DNA from: Acidobacteriota bacterium
Lineage (GTDB): Bacteria; Acidobacteriota; Aminicenantia; UBA2199
Direction of reading: 5' to 3'
Assembly (NCBI GenBank): GCA_030837085.1
Contig: JAUPLE010000120.1
Location: 1-59,909, forward strand
DNA length: 59,909 nucleotides
The notes beneath the pieces are model-generated. The model had not been told where the DNA came from, searched no databases, and worked only from the letters and a program-made list of their open reading frames with translations. The position numbers and the translations under genes are program-made. Positions 40,396 to 50,101 of the stretch are shown here, piece by piece (within the stretch, counting starts at the first letter, position 1; each line of letters opens with the position of its first letter).

Positions 40396-43300
40396 AAAGG
40401 ACTCCCGATAGGGGTTGTGGATGAATTATGTAACCGGTTCGCAGTCGAAGATATTTACACATTGAGCCCCATGCAGGAAGGGATGCTGTTTCATGCATTG
40501 ATTGATGAGCATTCCTCATCATATTTTGAACAAACCTCGTACCGCCTCCGAATGGAACTGGATATCGATGTGTTTAAAAGAAGCTTGAACAAATTGTTAT
40601 CTCGTCATGATATCCTGCGTACTGTTTTTGTTTTTAAGGGAGTAGATCGACTGATCCAGGTGGTATTGAAACAGAGAGAAATAGACTTTTATTATGAAAA
40701 TATCGGTCACATCGAAGGAGAGGATGCAAAAAAAATATTTATAAAAGAGTTCAAAACAAGAGATCGGAGAAAAGGATTCAATCTCAATCACGATGCCTTA
40801 ATGAGAGTATCGGTATTGAAAGTGGGAAATGGTGAATATGAAGTAATATGGAGTTTCCATCACATATTGATGGATGGCTGGTGTATCGGGATATTGAATA
40901 AAGAATTTTTTGAGATTTACAATGGGATGATAGAGGGAAGAAAAGTAGAATTGCCGGCGATTAGGCCGTACCGTGATTATATCCGCTGGCTGGAGCAAAG
41001 AGACAGGGATACGGCGCGGATGTACTGGAAGGAGTACCTGGCATATTACGAAGAGAACTCCGGTGTCCCCCGGTTATTAAGCAGTAAAAATAAAGGAACC
41101 GATTATCGGGATGAGCATCTGGAATTGTTATTGGAGATCGAGGAAACGGACCGATTGAAAAGGATAGGAGAAAGGAGGGGCGTTACACTGAATGTAATAA
41201 TGCAGGTGATATGGGGAATTTTATTAGGAAGGTATAATGGCAAGGAGGACGTAGTATTCGGATCGGTGGTATCGGGGCGCCCCCCGGAAATAGAAGGAAT
41301 AGAATCGATGGTCGGATTATTTATCAATACAGTGCCAGTGCGAGTAAGATACGGGGGGGATATGGAATTCGGGGATTTGTTGGAGAAATTCCAGCAATCA
41401 TCTTTAAATTGTGAACCGCACCATTATTATCCCTTAGCGGATATCCAGGCGGAGAGTTCATTGAAACAAAATTTAATCGATCACATCTATATATTCGAGA
41501 ATTACCCTATCTCTGAACAATTTGAGGCATTTGAAGTGCTGGGAACAGGGGGAAGGAAGAATGGCGCGGCGCCCGGCTTTCGAGTGTCCAACGTTGACGT
41601 ATGGGAGCAGACCAATTATGATTTTAACGTGGTATTGGGTGCCGCTGATCGGTTGATGATAAGGTTTGACTATAACGGGAACATTTTTGAAAGGGAGTTT
41701 ATTACCAAAATAGGAACCTATATTATTCAAATCGTACGCCAGGTAATCGAAAATGAGGATAAGAAAATAAATGAGATAGAGATAATGATGGACGAAGAGA
41801 AGCAGCAGATTTTGTACGGGTTTAACGATACTCGGGTAGATTATCCGATAGATAAAACCATCCACCAATTATTTGAAGAACAGGCGTCAAGGACACCCGA
41901 TTATATATCCCTCGTAGGGGCAGACCTGCGTGTCTCCCCTGTCAGCCTGTCCTACCGTGAATTGAATGAGCAATCCGGTGGAGTGGCCGGTTTGTTAATC
42001 GAAAAAGGCGTCCTGGCAGACACTATCGTAGGAATTATGACGGAACGTTCAGTGGAAATGATTATCGGGATTATGGGTATATTGAAATCCGGCGGGGCCT
42101 ATTTACCCATCGACCCGGATTACCCCCAGGAACGAATCGATTATATTTTGAAAGACAGCGGAGCTAAATTTTTAATTAATGAAATGTTTTTTAGGGGGTC
42201 AAGGGGGGCGATTTTACAAAAAAGCTCCCCTTGTGATGTTAATCTCGCTTACATCATCTACACCTCCGGTTCCACGGGAAAACCGAAAGGTGTCGTGATC
42301 GAGCATCGATCTGTAATAAATTTTATAAAAGGTATTACAGATATTATTCCCTTTACAGTGAATGATAGGATATTGTCATTAACCACGATTTCTTTCGATA
42401 TATTCGGCCTGGAAACGTTGGTTCCCCTGGTTAGCGGTTCCGTGGTGGCGATGGGCGGGAGGGAAGAACAGTTAAATCCGGAAGCAGCCGGTATTGCTAT
42501 CGAACGAGAAAATATCTCCATTTTCCAGGTCACTCCCTCAAGACTGCATACGATAATCTCTTTACCAGTAGCGGCAGTGAGTTTGAAAATATTAAAATTT
42601 TTATTAGTAGGAGGGGAGGCTTTTCCTGGGCCTATGTTGGAAAAGGTTAGAACATTAATTCACGGGAAAATATTCAATATGTACGGACCTACAGAAACCA
42701 CTATCTGGTCTACCGTTAGGGATGTGAGTGGGGGAGTAGCGGAGACATTAAATATCGGTAAACCTATTGCCAATACAGTTATTTATATCCTTGGCGGTTC
42801 GCTTCACATGATTCCCATCGGTGCACCTGGTGAGCTTTATATTGGGGGAGACGGGCTGAGCAGGGGCTATTTGAATAGACCCGAATTGACAGCAGAGAGG
42901 TTTGACCGGGATGGGGGAAAAAATGAAAAGTTTTTGGGGGTCCGAACCGGCGGACTTTTTTTCAAAAAGGCCCCTGGTCGCCGCAGGCTTTACAAAACCG
43001 GCGATCTTGCCCGATGGCTGCCGGACGGAAATATTGAGTTTTTGGGACGCATCGATCACCAGGTGAAACTCCGCGGATTCAGGATAGAATTGGGAGAAAT
43101 AGAGAATCGACTCGCCCACTACCCGGGGATAAGAGAAGCCGTGGTCACAGCTAAAACAGATAAAAATGGAGATAAATATTTAAGCGCATATATTGTTTCA
43201 TGCCAGGAGTTCCTGGTTTCGGAATTAAAGGGATATTTGTTAAAACATTTGCCCGATTATATGATCCCCTCGTATTTTTCATTGATAGAAAAAATTCCTT

Positions 43301-43704
43301 TTACCCCGAATGGCAAAATAGATAGGAAAGCGCTGAATTCAATCGACACTGTAATGGATGCAAATGTGGAATATGCAGCTCCTACAAATGAAATAGAGGA
43401 AACGATTGTCAATATCTGGAAAGAAACACTTAGACTGGATAAAGTAGGTATCTATGACAATTTCTTCGATTTGGGAGGGAATTCACTGCAAATCATTACT
43501 ATAAATAATAAAATAGGAAGGGCCCTGGAAAAGGATATACCGGCTGTAAAAATGCTTAGTTATCCTACGATTCATTCATTAGCAGAGTATTTAAATCAAG
43601 GGAAAATAAATGATCCGATTTCGAATGAAAAGATTAAAGAGTCTGTCAGTAATTGGGAAGAAACCATGCAAATGCTTATAGGGAATGAAAATGACGATAA
43701 ATAA
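35728..43704 (+). CDS. Non-ribosomal peptide synthetase: docking-C-A-T-E-C-A-T
   Basis: 2658-aa ORF with an ATGA start/stop overlap with gene B. Motifs are listed under modules N7 and N8. Confidence 0.97.
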   Translation: MNSLDVLVKLKELGIRVQVAGDGLEISGNEEYLTPGIIDELKNNKEQIIRFFKKNIQTRIPISSIEPMEQKDYYPLSSAQERLYVLQQLAQESTAYNLPMIMNLEGRVEEEKIEQILAKLVNRHESLRTSFEMIDEEPAQRVHPEVEFQLENSSVATHSSQDIIKNFIRPFDLSKAPLMRAGLIKTGERKHVLMVDMHHIITDGASDNILKKEFISLYSGKELPPLQFQYKDYSEWRRSRKIKEYLKRQEAYWLKEFAGEIPLLNLPIDYIRPAVQSFEGHTVHFKLIEEETSALKEMAAFSGATLFMVVLALYNVFLAKISNQEDIIVGTPIANRNYPGLTQIIGMFVNTIALRNFPIGEQKLIDFLSVVKKRTLEAFENQDYQFEDLVEKVALTRNMSRNPIFDTMFVFQNLITLPGGIAEQKIGEVHIKPYHHEIKSSKFDLTLNAAEVGDKLSLSFEYCTKLFKQETILRFVRYFKKMVSSGIDYPGKMIADIELVTREEKKIILYEFNDSETPYPKDKTIHRLFEEEVEKVGDRVAVIDIGHDHDIRGEGTHFTYRQLDEQSNRLANLFIEKGILADNIVGIMMERSVEMIIGILGILKAGGAYLPIDPDYPQERIDYILKDSNALAVIDKKFLGGPRGDFSKKPPGCRRPFYHSSHLAYIIYTSGSTGKPKGVLIDHRNVVRLMFNEKFPFDFNVNDIWTMFHSYCFDFSVWEMYGALLYGGKLLLISKMTARDTRRFLEILGKNQVTILNQTPTAFYNLSYLEVGNPREELNIRYIIFGGEPLTPSRLKEWRAKYPGVKLVNMYGITETTVHVTFKKLKDREVETAVSNIGQAIPTLSTYIMDRNFNLQPFCVAGELCIGGEGVGRGYLNKPELTAEKFVHNPYKVEERIYISGDLAKLREDGDIEYLGRIDSQVKIRGFRIELEEIEIRLLKHDNIKEAVVIERTDEKGDKHLAAYIVTGEPLDTNELRNFLANFLPDYMIPSYFIELEAIPLTLNGKIDKQALPIPVFETKEQYRAPRNEVEKKLTGVLEKVLGREKIGIDENFFMIGGDSIKAIQITTRMRSAGYKLEIKDLFQNPSIERLSPLVTPLKYQVEQCAVTGTIPLTPIQREFFEYNKIAPHHFNHAVMLNIKERIDKGTLGIIIEKIQEHHDALRMSYQIRGKEIVQTGNDVDYPNKIKEHDLRGEAGLKKSMESICNEIQAGINLEEGPLMKIGLFHLDDGDRVLIVIHHLVVDGVSWRILFEDIDTLYRQYKRSEKLKLPLKTSPFKEWSEMLKERSNSEAFLLEKPYWQALESENAEEIERDIKKSEGNYVRDADIVSFSISEEETDLLLGKVNEAFGTEINDILLTALGLGLKKTFAKDKYVTALEGHGREELFENVDISRTVGWFTSVYPVLLDISHADDPGRQIKEIKENLRKIPHKGIGYGILKYLTSAGNKGNIQFKLRPSASFNYLGQFGTDVRNLSFEIANEPVGNTMSLAAQRNYEFDITGMVADKQLRMDITYNRNHYERGTIKKLMGNLKKELRRLIEYCSRKERREFTPSDFTYKGLPIGVVDELCNRFAVEDIYTLSPMQEGMLFHALIDEHSSSYFEQTSYRLRMELDIDVFKRSLNKLLSRHDILRTVFVFKGVDRLIQVVLKQREIDFYYENIGHIEGEDAKKIFIKEFKTRDRRKGFNLNHDALMRVSVLKVGNGEYEVIWSFHHILMDGWCIGILNKEFFEIYNGMIEGRKVELPAIRPYRDYIRWLEQRDRDTARMYWKEYLAYYEENSGVPRLLSSKNKGTDYRDEHLELLLEIEETDRLKRIGERRGVTLNVIMQVIWGILLGRYNGKEDVVFGSVVSGRPPEIEGIESMVGLFINTVPVRVRYGGDMEFGDLLEKFQQSSLNCEPHHYYPLADIQAESSLKQNLIDHIYIFENYPISEQFEAFEVLGTGGRKNGAAPGFRVSNVDVWEQTNYDFNVVLGAADRLMIRFDYNGNIFEREFITKIGTYIIQIVRQVIENEDKKINEIEIMMDEEKQQILYGFNDTRVDYPIDKTIHQLFEEQASRTPDYISLVGADLRVSPVSLSYRELNEQSGGVAGLLIEKGVLADTIVGIMTERSVEMIIGIMGILKSGGAYLPIDPDYPQERIDYILKDSGAKFLINEMFFRGSRGAILQKSSPCDVNLAYIIYTSGSTGKPKGVVIEHRSVINFIKGITDIIPFTVNDRILSLTTISFDIFGLETLVPLVSGSVVAMGGREEQLNPEAAGIAIERENISIFQVTPSRLHTIISLPVAAVSLKILKFLLVGGEAFPGPMLEKVRTLIHGKIFNMYGPTETTIWSTVRDVSGGVAETLNIGKPIANTVIYILGGSLHMIPIGAPGELYIGGDGLSRGYLNRPELTAERFDRDGGKNEKFLGVRTGGLFFKKAPGRRRLYKTGDLARWLPDGNIEFLGRIDHQVKLRGFRIELGEIENRLAHYPGIREAVVTAKTDKNGDKYLSAYIVSCQEFLVSELKGYLLKHLPDYMIPSYFSLIEKIPFTPNGKIDRKALNSIDTVMDANVEYAAPTNEIEETIVNIWKETLRLDKVGIYDNFFDLGGNSLQIITINNKIGRALEKDIPAVKMLSYPTIHSLAEYLNQGKINDPISNEKIKESVSNWEETMQMLIGNENDDK
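37636..37682 (+). repeat. PE-1 copy in the N7 A domain (A2-A3 loop)
   Basis: aagtttttggggggtccaaggggcgatttttcaaaaaagccccctgg. Translated as KKFLGGPRGDFSKKPPG. Confidence 0.8.
41914..41955 (+). repeat. PE-5 hairpin in the N8 A domain (before the A1 motif)
   Basis: gtaggggcagacctgcgtgtctcccctgtcagcctgtcctac. The stem gggcagac/gtctcccc pairs at 7 of 8 positions. Translated as VGADLRVSPVSLSY. Confidence 0.8.
42186..42232 (+). repeat. PE-1-like copy in the N8 A domain (A2-A3 loop)
   Basis: gttttttagggggtcaaggggggcgattttacaaaaaagctcccctt. Translated as MFFRGSRGAILQKSSP. Confidence 0.7.
42926..42977 (+). repeat. PE-1 copy in the N8 A domain (A6-A7 loop)
   Basis: aaaagtttttgggggtccgaaccggcggactttttttcaaaaaggcccctgg. 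Translated as KFLGVRTGGLFFKKAPG. Confidence 0.85.
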
Positions 43705-46700
43705 GCCCGACGATAGCAAATCCAGGAAAGGCCTGGAAGTTGCCGTTATTGGTATGTCAGGCCGGTTTCCGGGCGCCCAAAATATCCATGAGTTCTGGAA
43801 GAATTTGAAAAATGGCGTGGAATCCATTATGTTCTTTTCCGATGACGAAGTAGAAAAAGCGGGTGTTAGTTCAAAATTAATAGAGGATCCCCATTATGTA
43901 AAAGCCTTCGGGGTTCTTGAAAATGTTGAATATTTTGACGCTTATTTTTTCGGATATACTCCCGGGGATGCGGAAATCATGAATCCAGAGATACGAATCT
44001 TCCATGAATGTTCGTGGGAGGCGCTGGAAGACGCCGGTTATAATCCTGAATCTTATGATGGCTCAATTGGAGTTTTTGCGGGCGCTTCATCTAATTTTAT
44101 TTGGGAAGGAATGACCCTATTATCGGGGAAAGCGAAAGAAATCGGTAACTTTGCAGCCGGCCACTTAACCGGAGCTGATTTTTTGACCACGAAAATTTCT
44201 TATAAATTTAATTTAAGAGGACCCAGTTCTTTAATTCAAACCGCGTGTTCCACATCGTTGGTGGCTATCCACTGGGCATGCCGTTCCGTACTGTCAGGAG
44301 AATGTCATATAGCCCTGGCAGGAGGGATCAAATTAGATGTAAATCAAAAGCAAGGATATATGTATAAGGAAGGAATGATCCAATCTCCTGATGGTCACTG
44401 CCGCGCATTTGATGCGGAAGCCAAAGGGACTGTCGGCGGAAATGGGGTCGGGATCGTTGTACTAAAACGTCTTAAAAATGCAATTGCCGATAGAGATCAT
44501 ATTTATGCTATTGTAAAAGGGTCTGCGGTTAATAACGATGGAAACAGGAAAGTCGGATATACAGCGCCCAGCGTCCAGGGACAGGCTGAGGTAATTCGGA
44601 CTGCACAAGCAATGGCGCATATCGAGCCTGAAAGTATCGGTTATATTGAAACCCATGGGACCGGGACCCAACTGGGAGACCCGGTAGAAATCGAAGCGTT
44701 AACGCTGGCGTTTAATTCTGATAAAAGAAACTATTGTCCTATCGGTTCTGTTAAAACCAATATCGGACACCTCGATATAGCGGCAGGAGTTGCCGGGTTT
44801 ATAAAAACCGTCCTGATTTTAAAAAATAGGATAATTCCTCCCAGTTTACACTTTAAAGAGCCCAATCCAAAAATCGATTTTAAAAATAGCCCTTTTTATG
44901 TGAATACAAGCTTGAGAATATGGAAAAATGATAAATATCCTTTAAGAGCCGGGGTGAGTTCTTTTGGTATCGGCGGCACAAATGCGCATGTCATACTGGA
45001 AGAAGCACCCGAAATTGAAAATTTCGATGACGGACGCACATGGAAACTAATCATGCTTTCCGCAAAAACCGGACCGACTCTTGAAAAGTTAACAAAAAAT
45101 TTCCTGGAATATGTAAAGCTAAATCCCGGCATCAACCTTGCAGATGCTGCTTTTACATTGCAGGTAGGTAGGAAACCATTGGGATACAGACGAATGTCAG
45201 TATGCTCCGGTATTGCTGAAACGCTTCATGCAATGCAGGATACCTCTTCCCTGGCCGGAAATGCCGTAGATGACGATAAAAAGCGGATTATCTTTATGTT
45301 TGACGGATTAGGGGGCCAATATATCGATATGGGGAAGGATCTGTATAGGTCTGAAACATGTTTCCGTGAAGCAATGGATCAATGCTTCAAAATTTTTGCA
45401 TCATTAACGGGTAAAAATTTAAAAGAAATTCTATACCCATCTCATGCGACAGGAACGGTATCCCCGGCTGATACGGAGAAAATCGACCGAATCGAGATAT
45501 CTCAACCGGTTATGTTTATTTTTGAATATGCTCTTTCCGTGATGTTGATGAAGTGGGGGATAACTCCCGATGCCATGATCGGTTATAGTTTCGGTGAATA
45601 TACCGCTGCTTGTTTATCTGGAGTTTTTTCCCTGGAAGATGCATTGAAAATAATTCTCATCAGGGGAAGATTACTTGCCGAAGTTCCCGGCGGAGTTATG
45701 TTAAGCGTCCCTCTCCCAGGTGAGCAAATAGCCCCCCTGCTTCCCGGGGAGTTGTCTATCGCTATTGACAACGGTTCATCATGCATTGTTGCCGGCCCCG
45801 CTGCTGAAGTAGCCTCATTTGAACAGGAAATAAAACAAAAAAGACTCTTGTGTATGCCTGTTCCTAACTCGGTTGCAATGCATTCAAAAATGATGGAACC
45901 TATTTTAAGTAAATTTAAAAAGGAATTGGAAAAAATCACATTTAATTCCCCGAAAACACCTTATATATCAAATGTAACCGGTACCTGGATTACCCCTCAA
46001 GATACTGGCAATCCCGAATACTTTTGCCATCACCTGCGAAAAACCGTACGTTTTGCGGATGGATTCAAAAAATTGGTAAAGAAGCGCCATTCGATTTTTA
46101 TTGAAGTAGGAGCGGGACGCGATCTCAGTACTATGATGAAACGATTTATCGATGATAAGCTCATGCAATACACGGTGAACCTTGTAAGACCACCTCAAAA
46201 AAATGTATCGGATGTCTATTACCTGCTGAATAAAATCGGTTATTTGTGGCTTTATGGCGTAAACATCAATTGGTTGGCCTTTTATTCCGGAGAAAAAAGA
46301 TACCGACTACCTTTACCTACCTATCCTTTCGAAAAAAAACGATATTGGTTTGAGGATGGCTTCCTCAAGTGTACCAAAAACATTCTACTTTCCGGCTCAC
46401 GCCCGGACAAAGAGCCTGATATTTTCGACCGCTGTCCGGAAAGTCCTGCCCCCCTACACTCTGACGACGCGAATGAAAGTCCGAATTCATTAAAGGATAA
46501 AACGATTTCGGAAAAATTAAACGAAAGACCGATACTTTCTACTCCATATACAGCGCCTACTAATGAAATTCAAAAAATCATTACTCGTATATGGCAAAAC
46601 TTTTTTGGAATTAGAGCGGTGGGAATTCAAGACGATTTTTTCGAGTTGGGGGGGGATTCATTGAAAGCGATGAATGTATCGGTAATGATGCAAAAGGAAT

Positions 46701-46795
46701 TGAATGTAGAAATTCCTATTGTCGAATTTTTTAATCGTCACTCCATTGAAGGGCTTTCACAATATATTGAAAACCATTTTGATAAAAGCAGCGAT
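43685..46795 (+). other. PKS module P2: KS-AT-ACP (no reductive domains); boundaries approximate
   Basis: KS: TACSTS (Cys codon 44246-44248), ETHGTGT, KTNIGH. AT: IFMFDGLGGQY, GYSFGEY (Ser codon 45587-45589), AMHS. Post-AT linker YRLPLPTYPFEKKRYW (about 46301). ACP: FFELGGDS, Ser codon 46658-46660. Confidence 0.88.
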
Positions 46796-49700
46796 TCGAC
46801 CATCGCGCCTGTAGAAAAAAAAGATTATTATCCTATATCTTCAGCCCAGCAAAGGCTATATGTTCTACAACAGATGACTGAGAAGAACACCAGCTACAAT
46901 GAACCGTTGGTAGTCGTACTAGAAGGTGAATTCAGTAAACAAAAAGCTGAAAATACCTTCCAACAGTTAATCAAGCGACATGAGAGTCTCAGGACTTCTT
47001 TTGGTATCATAAACGAAGAACTGGTCCAAAAGATACATAATGAGGTCAATTTCGAAATAGATTTTCTCATTTTGGATGAAATAATGAAGCAGCCGGAGGC
47101 GGTTGTCCTGACGAAAGAAAGTGTTTTATCGTCCATTGTCAACGGCTTTATCAGGCATTTTGACCTGGAAAACGCCCCTCTTATAAGGGTAGGGTTAATT
47201 AAAGAGGAAGAAGAACTATTCGTATTGATGGTGGATATGCATCATATAATAACGGATGGGAGTTCCCACATCATTTTTATACATGATTTTATAAAGTTAT
47301 ATAACGGAGTGGAACTTCCCAAACTTACTATTCAGTATAAAGATTATGCTCAATGGCAAAACCATTTAAATCAATCGGGAGAAATACGAAGACAGGAAGA
47401 GTATTGGCTGAGAGAATTTGAAGGGGAAATTTCGAAATTAAATTTACCTATCGATTATTTTAGACCCGCGACCCTTAGTTTTGAAGGGAACCGAATCGCT
47501 GATGTAATTAGCAGCCGGGAAACAACCATATTAAAAAAAATGGCTTTAGAAAAAAATGCAACCCTATTTATGGTACTGTTGTCTATTTTTAATATTTTCT
47601 TATCCAAACTGAGTGGGCAAGAGGATATTGCTTGCGGTACGATAATCGCTGGGCGAAGACATGTCGAGTTCCAGAAGATAATCGGGGTGTTTGTTAATAC
47701 CCTAGTATTAAGAAATTATCCCTGGGGAGAGAGTACCTTTGAAGAATTTTTGAGAGGCATAAAGGAAAAAACATTGGAAGCCTTTGAGAACCAGGATTAC
47801 CAATTTGAAAACTTGGTTGATAAAGTCGAAAAAATCAGGGATACCGGTCGAAATCCCATGTTCGACGTGATGTTTATAATGCAGAATGTGGACAGTCCAA
47901 AAATAAACATGCCCAATGCGAGGGTAAAACCTTACCCTTATCAAAACTTGACGGCAAAATTTGATTTAAAGTTGGATTGCGTTGAAAGAATAGAGGAGAT
48001 AGAATTACGGTTTGAATATAGTACGAGGCTGTTTAAAGAAGATACATTGAAGCGATTTATCCGTTACTTTTTAAGAATAGTATCGACGGTTACTACAAAT
48101 CCTGCCAAAAAAATAGGAGATATAGAGATTATTTCTGATGAAGAGAAGGAACAACTGTTATATAATTTTAATAATACACATGTGGCATTTCCAGGAAACA
48201 AGTCCCTTCATCAATTATTTGAAGAACAGGTGGAACGAATCCCGGACCGTATTGCCCTCGTGGGGGCAGACCTGCGTGTCTGCCCAGTCAGCCTTTCCTA
48301 CCACCAATTAAACGGGCAATCCAACCGCCTGGCCGCGCTGTTAATCGAAAAAGGCGTCCTGACGGACAATATTGTAGGTATAAAAATAGAACGTTCCCTT
48401 GAAATGATAATCGGGATCATGGGCATATTGAAATCCGGCGGGGCTTATTTGCCCATCGCCCCCGGTTACCCGCAGGCAAGAATCGATTATATGTTGAAAG
48501 ATAGCGGAGCTAAATTGTTGGCTGTCGCCAACGATAAAGAAGGTGAGAAGGTGAGAATTTTGGAAGGTGAGAGAGTGCTTTTAGAAGAAATCTTCAAATC
48601 CACAAAAATCCCTTCTTACCTTCTTACCTTCTCACCCTCTTACCTTCTAAACTCTTCAAATCTCGCATATATCATCTACACTTCCGGTTCCACTGGAAAA
48701 CCAAAAGGCGTGATGGTAGAACATGGTGCAGCAGTAAATTTATTATACGCAATGCAAGAACAATATCCCTTCGCTGCATCGGATACTTACCTGTTAAAGA
48801 CATCGTACATTTTTGATGTATCGGTAACAGAATTTTTCGGGTGGTACATGGGGGGGGGGAAATTGGCCGTATTGGAAAAGAGTGGGCATAAAGACCCCCG
48901 GGTAATACTGGATTGGATTGAACGATATACAGTAACTCACATCAATTTTGTGCCCTCTATGTTCAATGTATTTATAGAGTTCGTGGCCGGAGAAAATAAG
49001 AGTCGCTTATCAAGTTTAAAATATATCTTTTTAGCGGGTGAGGCACTGTTACCTGGATTGGCAGCGAAGTTCGGGAATTTAAATACAGATATAAAACTGG
49101 AAAATATATATGGGCCTACGGAGGGCACTGTATATTCGGGAAAATACTCATTATCTGATTGGAATGGAATTGAAGATATCCCCATCGGCAAGCCATTACC
49201 CAATATCAAACTATATATTTTAAATAAATACAATTATTTACAGCCGATAGGGATTGTGGGAGAGTTGTGCATCGGTGGTTCAGGATTAGCGTGTGGGTAT
49301 TTAAACCGTCCGGAATTAACCGCGGAAAAGTTTAATAGGCCCTATGGTTCCTATAAGACCTATATTCTTTACAAAACCGGGGATTTGGCCCGTTGGTTAA
49401 ATGACGGCAACATTGAATTTCTTGGTCGCATTGATCACCAGGTGAAAATTCGCGGGTTCAGGATCGAATTGGGAGAAATAGAAAGTCGCTTAATGAAACA
49501 TATGGAAATAAAAGAGACGGTAGTACTTGCAAGGTCATATGAAAATGGCGATAAGTATTTATGCGCATATATTACAGCTTGCCGGGATTTCGTGGTTTCT
49601 GAGTTAAGGGAACATCTGGTAGATTGCTTACCCGAGTATATGATTCCATCCGAGTTTTTGCAGTTGGAAAAAATGCCTTTAGCCAACGGTGGAAAGATAG

Positions 49701-50101
49701 ACCGGCAGAATTTAAATTCATTGGGAAAAAAATTAAATACCGGCGTCGAACATGTTGCTCCTGTATCGGATAATGAGGTCATCATAGCCGATGCCTGGAA
49801 AAAAATTTTAAAATTGGCTGAGGTGGGCATCAACGATAATTTCTTCGATTTAGGTGGTACATCCGTCGATATCATTCGTCTCAACGGTAAATTGAAAGAA
49901 ATATTTAAACGAGATATACCTATTGTGGCTATGTATAAATATACAACTATTGATTCTTTTTCTCATTTCCTGGGCGACGGAAATGAGGAGAGCGAAACCA
50001 ACTCCAACGGTTCTCGATCTAGAGAGCGTACAGATAAAATAAAAAAAGGCATTGAAGATAAAAACAAAAGACGTGAAATTAGAACAAGGAGAAGAAAATG
50101 A
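43685..50101 (+). CDS. Hybrid PKS-NRPS: KS-AT-ACP-C-A-T
   Basis: 2138-aa ORF overlapping the gene C end by 20 nt (alternative ATG at 43691). Motifs are listed under modules P2 and N9. Confidence 0.97.
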   Translation: MKMTINKPDDSKSRKGLEVAVIGMSGRFPGAQNIHEFWKNLKNGVESIMFFSDDEVEKAGVSSKLIEDPHYVKAFGVLENVEYFDAYFFGYTPGDAEIMNPEIRIFHECSWEALEDAGYNPESYDGSIGVFAGASSNFIWEGMTLLSGKAKEIGNFAAGHLTGADFLTTKISYKFNLRGPSSLIQTACSTSLVAIHWACRSVLSGECHIALAGGIKLDVNQKQGYMYKEGMIQSPDGHCRAFDAEAKGTVGGNGVGIVVLKRLKNAIADRDHIYAIVKGSAVNNDGNRKVGYTAPSVQGQAEVIRTAQAMAHIEPESIGYIETHGTGTQLGDPVEIEALTLAFNSDKRNYCPIGSVKTNIGHLDIAAGVAGFIKTVLILKNRIIPPSLHFKEPNPKIDFKNSPFYVNTSLRIWKNDKYPLRAGVSSFGIGGTNAHVILEEAPEIENFDDGRTWKLIMLSAKTGPTLEKLTKNFLEYVKLNPGINLADAAFTLQVGRKPLGYRRMSVCSGIAETLHAMQDTSSLAGNAVDDDKKRIIFMFDGLGGQYIDMGKDLYRSETCFREAMDQCFKIFASLTGKNLKEILYPSHATGTVSPADTEKIDRIEISQPVMFIFEYALSVMLMKWGITPDAMIGYSFGEYTAACLSGVFSLEDALKIILIRGRLLAEVPGGVMLSVPLPGEQIAPLLPGELSIAIDNGSSCIVAGPAAEVASFEQEIKQKRLLCMPVPNSVAMHSKMMEPILSKFKKELEKITFNSPKTPYISNVTGTWITPQDTGNPEYFCHHLRKTVRFADGFKKLVKKRHSIFIEVGAGRDLSTMMKRFIDDKLMQYTVNLVRPPQKNVSDVYYLLNKIGYLWLYGVNINWLAFYSGEKRYRLPLPTYPFEKKRYWFEDGFLKCTKNILLSGSRPDKEPDIFDRCPESPAPLHSDDANESPNSLKDKTISEKLNERPILSTPYTAPTNEIQKIITRIWQNFFGIRAVGIQDDFFELGGDSLKAMNVSVMMQKELNVEIPIVEFFNRHSIEGLSQYIENHFDKSSDSTIAPVEKKDYYPISSAQQRLYVLQQMTEKNTSYNEPLVVVLEGEFSKQKAENTFQQLIKRHESLRTSFGIINEELVQKIHNEVNFEIDFLILDEIMKQPEAVVLTKESVLSSIVNGFIRHFDLENAPLIRVGLIKEEEELFVLMVDMHHIITDGSSHIIFIHDFIKLYNGVELPKLTIQYKDYAQWQNHLNQSGEIRRQEEYWLREFEGEISKLNLPIDYFRPATLSFEGNRIADVISSRETTILKKMALEKNATLFMVLLSIFNIFLSKLSGQEDIACGTIIAGRRHVEFQKIIGVFVNTLVLRNYPWGESTFEEFLRGIKEKTLEAFENQDYQFENLVDKVEKIRDTGRNPMFDVMFIMQNVDSPKINMPNARVKPYPYQNLTAKFDLKLDCVERIEEIELRFEYSTRLFKEDTLKRFIRYFLRIVSTVTTNPAKKIGDIEIISDEEKEQLLYNFNNTHVAFPGNKSLHQLFEEQVERIPDRIALVGADLRVCPVSLSYHQLNGQSNRLAALLIEKGVLTDNIVGIKIERSLEMIIGIMGILKSGGAYLPIAPGYPQARIDYMLKDSGAKLLAVANDKEGEKVRILEGERVLLEEIFKSTKIPSYLLTFSPSYLLNSSNLAYIIYTSGSTGKPKGVMVEHGAAVNLLYAMQEQYPFAASDTYLLKTSYIFDVSVTEFFGWYMGGGKLAVLEKSGHKDPRVILDWIERYTVTHINFVPSMFNVFIEFVAGENKSRLSSLKYIFLAGEALLPGLAAKFGNLNTDIKLENIYGPTEGTVYSGKYSLSDWNGIEDIPIGKPLPNIKLYILNKYNYLQPIGIVGELCIGGSGLACGYLNRPELTAEKFNRPYGSYKTYILYKTGDLARWLNDGNIEFLGRIDHQVKIRGFRIELGEIESRLMKHMEIKETVVLARSYENGDKYLCAYITACRDFVVSELREHLVDCLPEYMIPSEFLQLEKMPLANGGKIDRQNLNSLGKKLNTGVEHVAPVSDNEVIIADAWKKILKLAEVGINDNFFDLGGTSVDIIRLNGKLKEIFKRDIPIVAMYKYTTIDSFSHFLGDGNEESETNSNGSRSRERTDKIKKGIEDKNKRREIRTRRRK
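48260..48301 (+). repeat. PE-5 hairpin in the N9 A domain (before the A1 motif)
   Basis: gtgggggcagacctgcgtgtctgcccagtcagcctttcctac. Perfect 8-bp stem gggcagac (48264-48271) / gtctgccc (48278-48285) with a 6-nt loop. Translated as VGADLRVCPVSLSY. Confidence 0.85.
48538..48648 (+). repeat. PE-3 inverted repeat in the N9 A domain (A2-A3 loop)
   Basis: Purine arm agaaggtgagaaggtgagaattttggaaggtgagagagtg (48538-48577). Pyrimidine arm cccttcttaccttcttaccttctcaccctcttaccttct (48610-48648), whose reverse complement is agaaggtaagagggtgagaaggtaagaaggtaagaaggg. Confidence 0.8.

Larger units (their letters stand above)
40440..43620 (+). other. NRPS module N8: C (DCL-type)-A(Gly)-T; boundaries approximate
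   Basis: C domain: YTLSPMQEGMLFH, HHILMDG (40858-40878), typical of C domains that accept D-configured donors. A domain: code DILQLGMIWK, a Gly code variant. T domain: FFDLGGNS, Ser codon 43483-43485. Confidence 0.85.
46810..50000 (+). other. NRPS module N9: C-A-T; boundaries approximate
   Basis: C domain: YYPISSAQQRLYVLQQ, HHIITDG (47240-47260). A domain: code DVTNFAIVYK (identical to N2). T domain: FFDLGGTS, Ser codon 49862-49864. Followed by an Arg/Lys-rich tail. Confidence 0.85.
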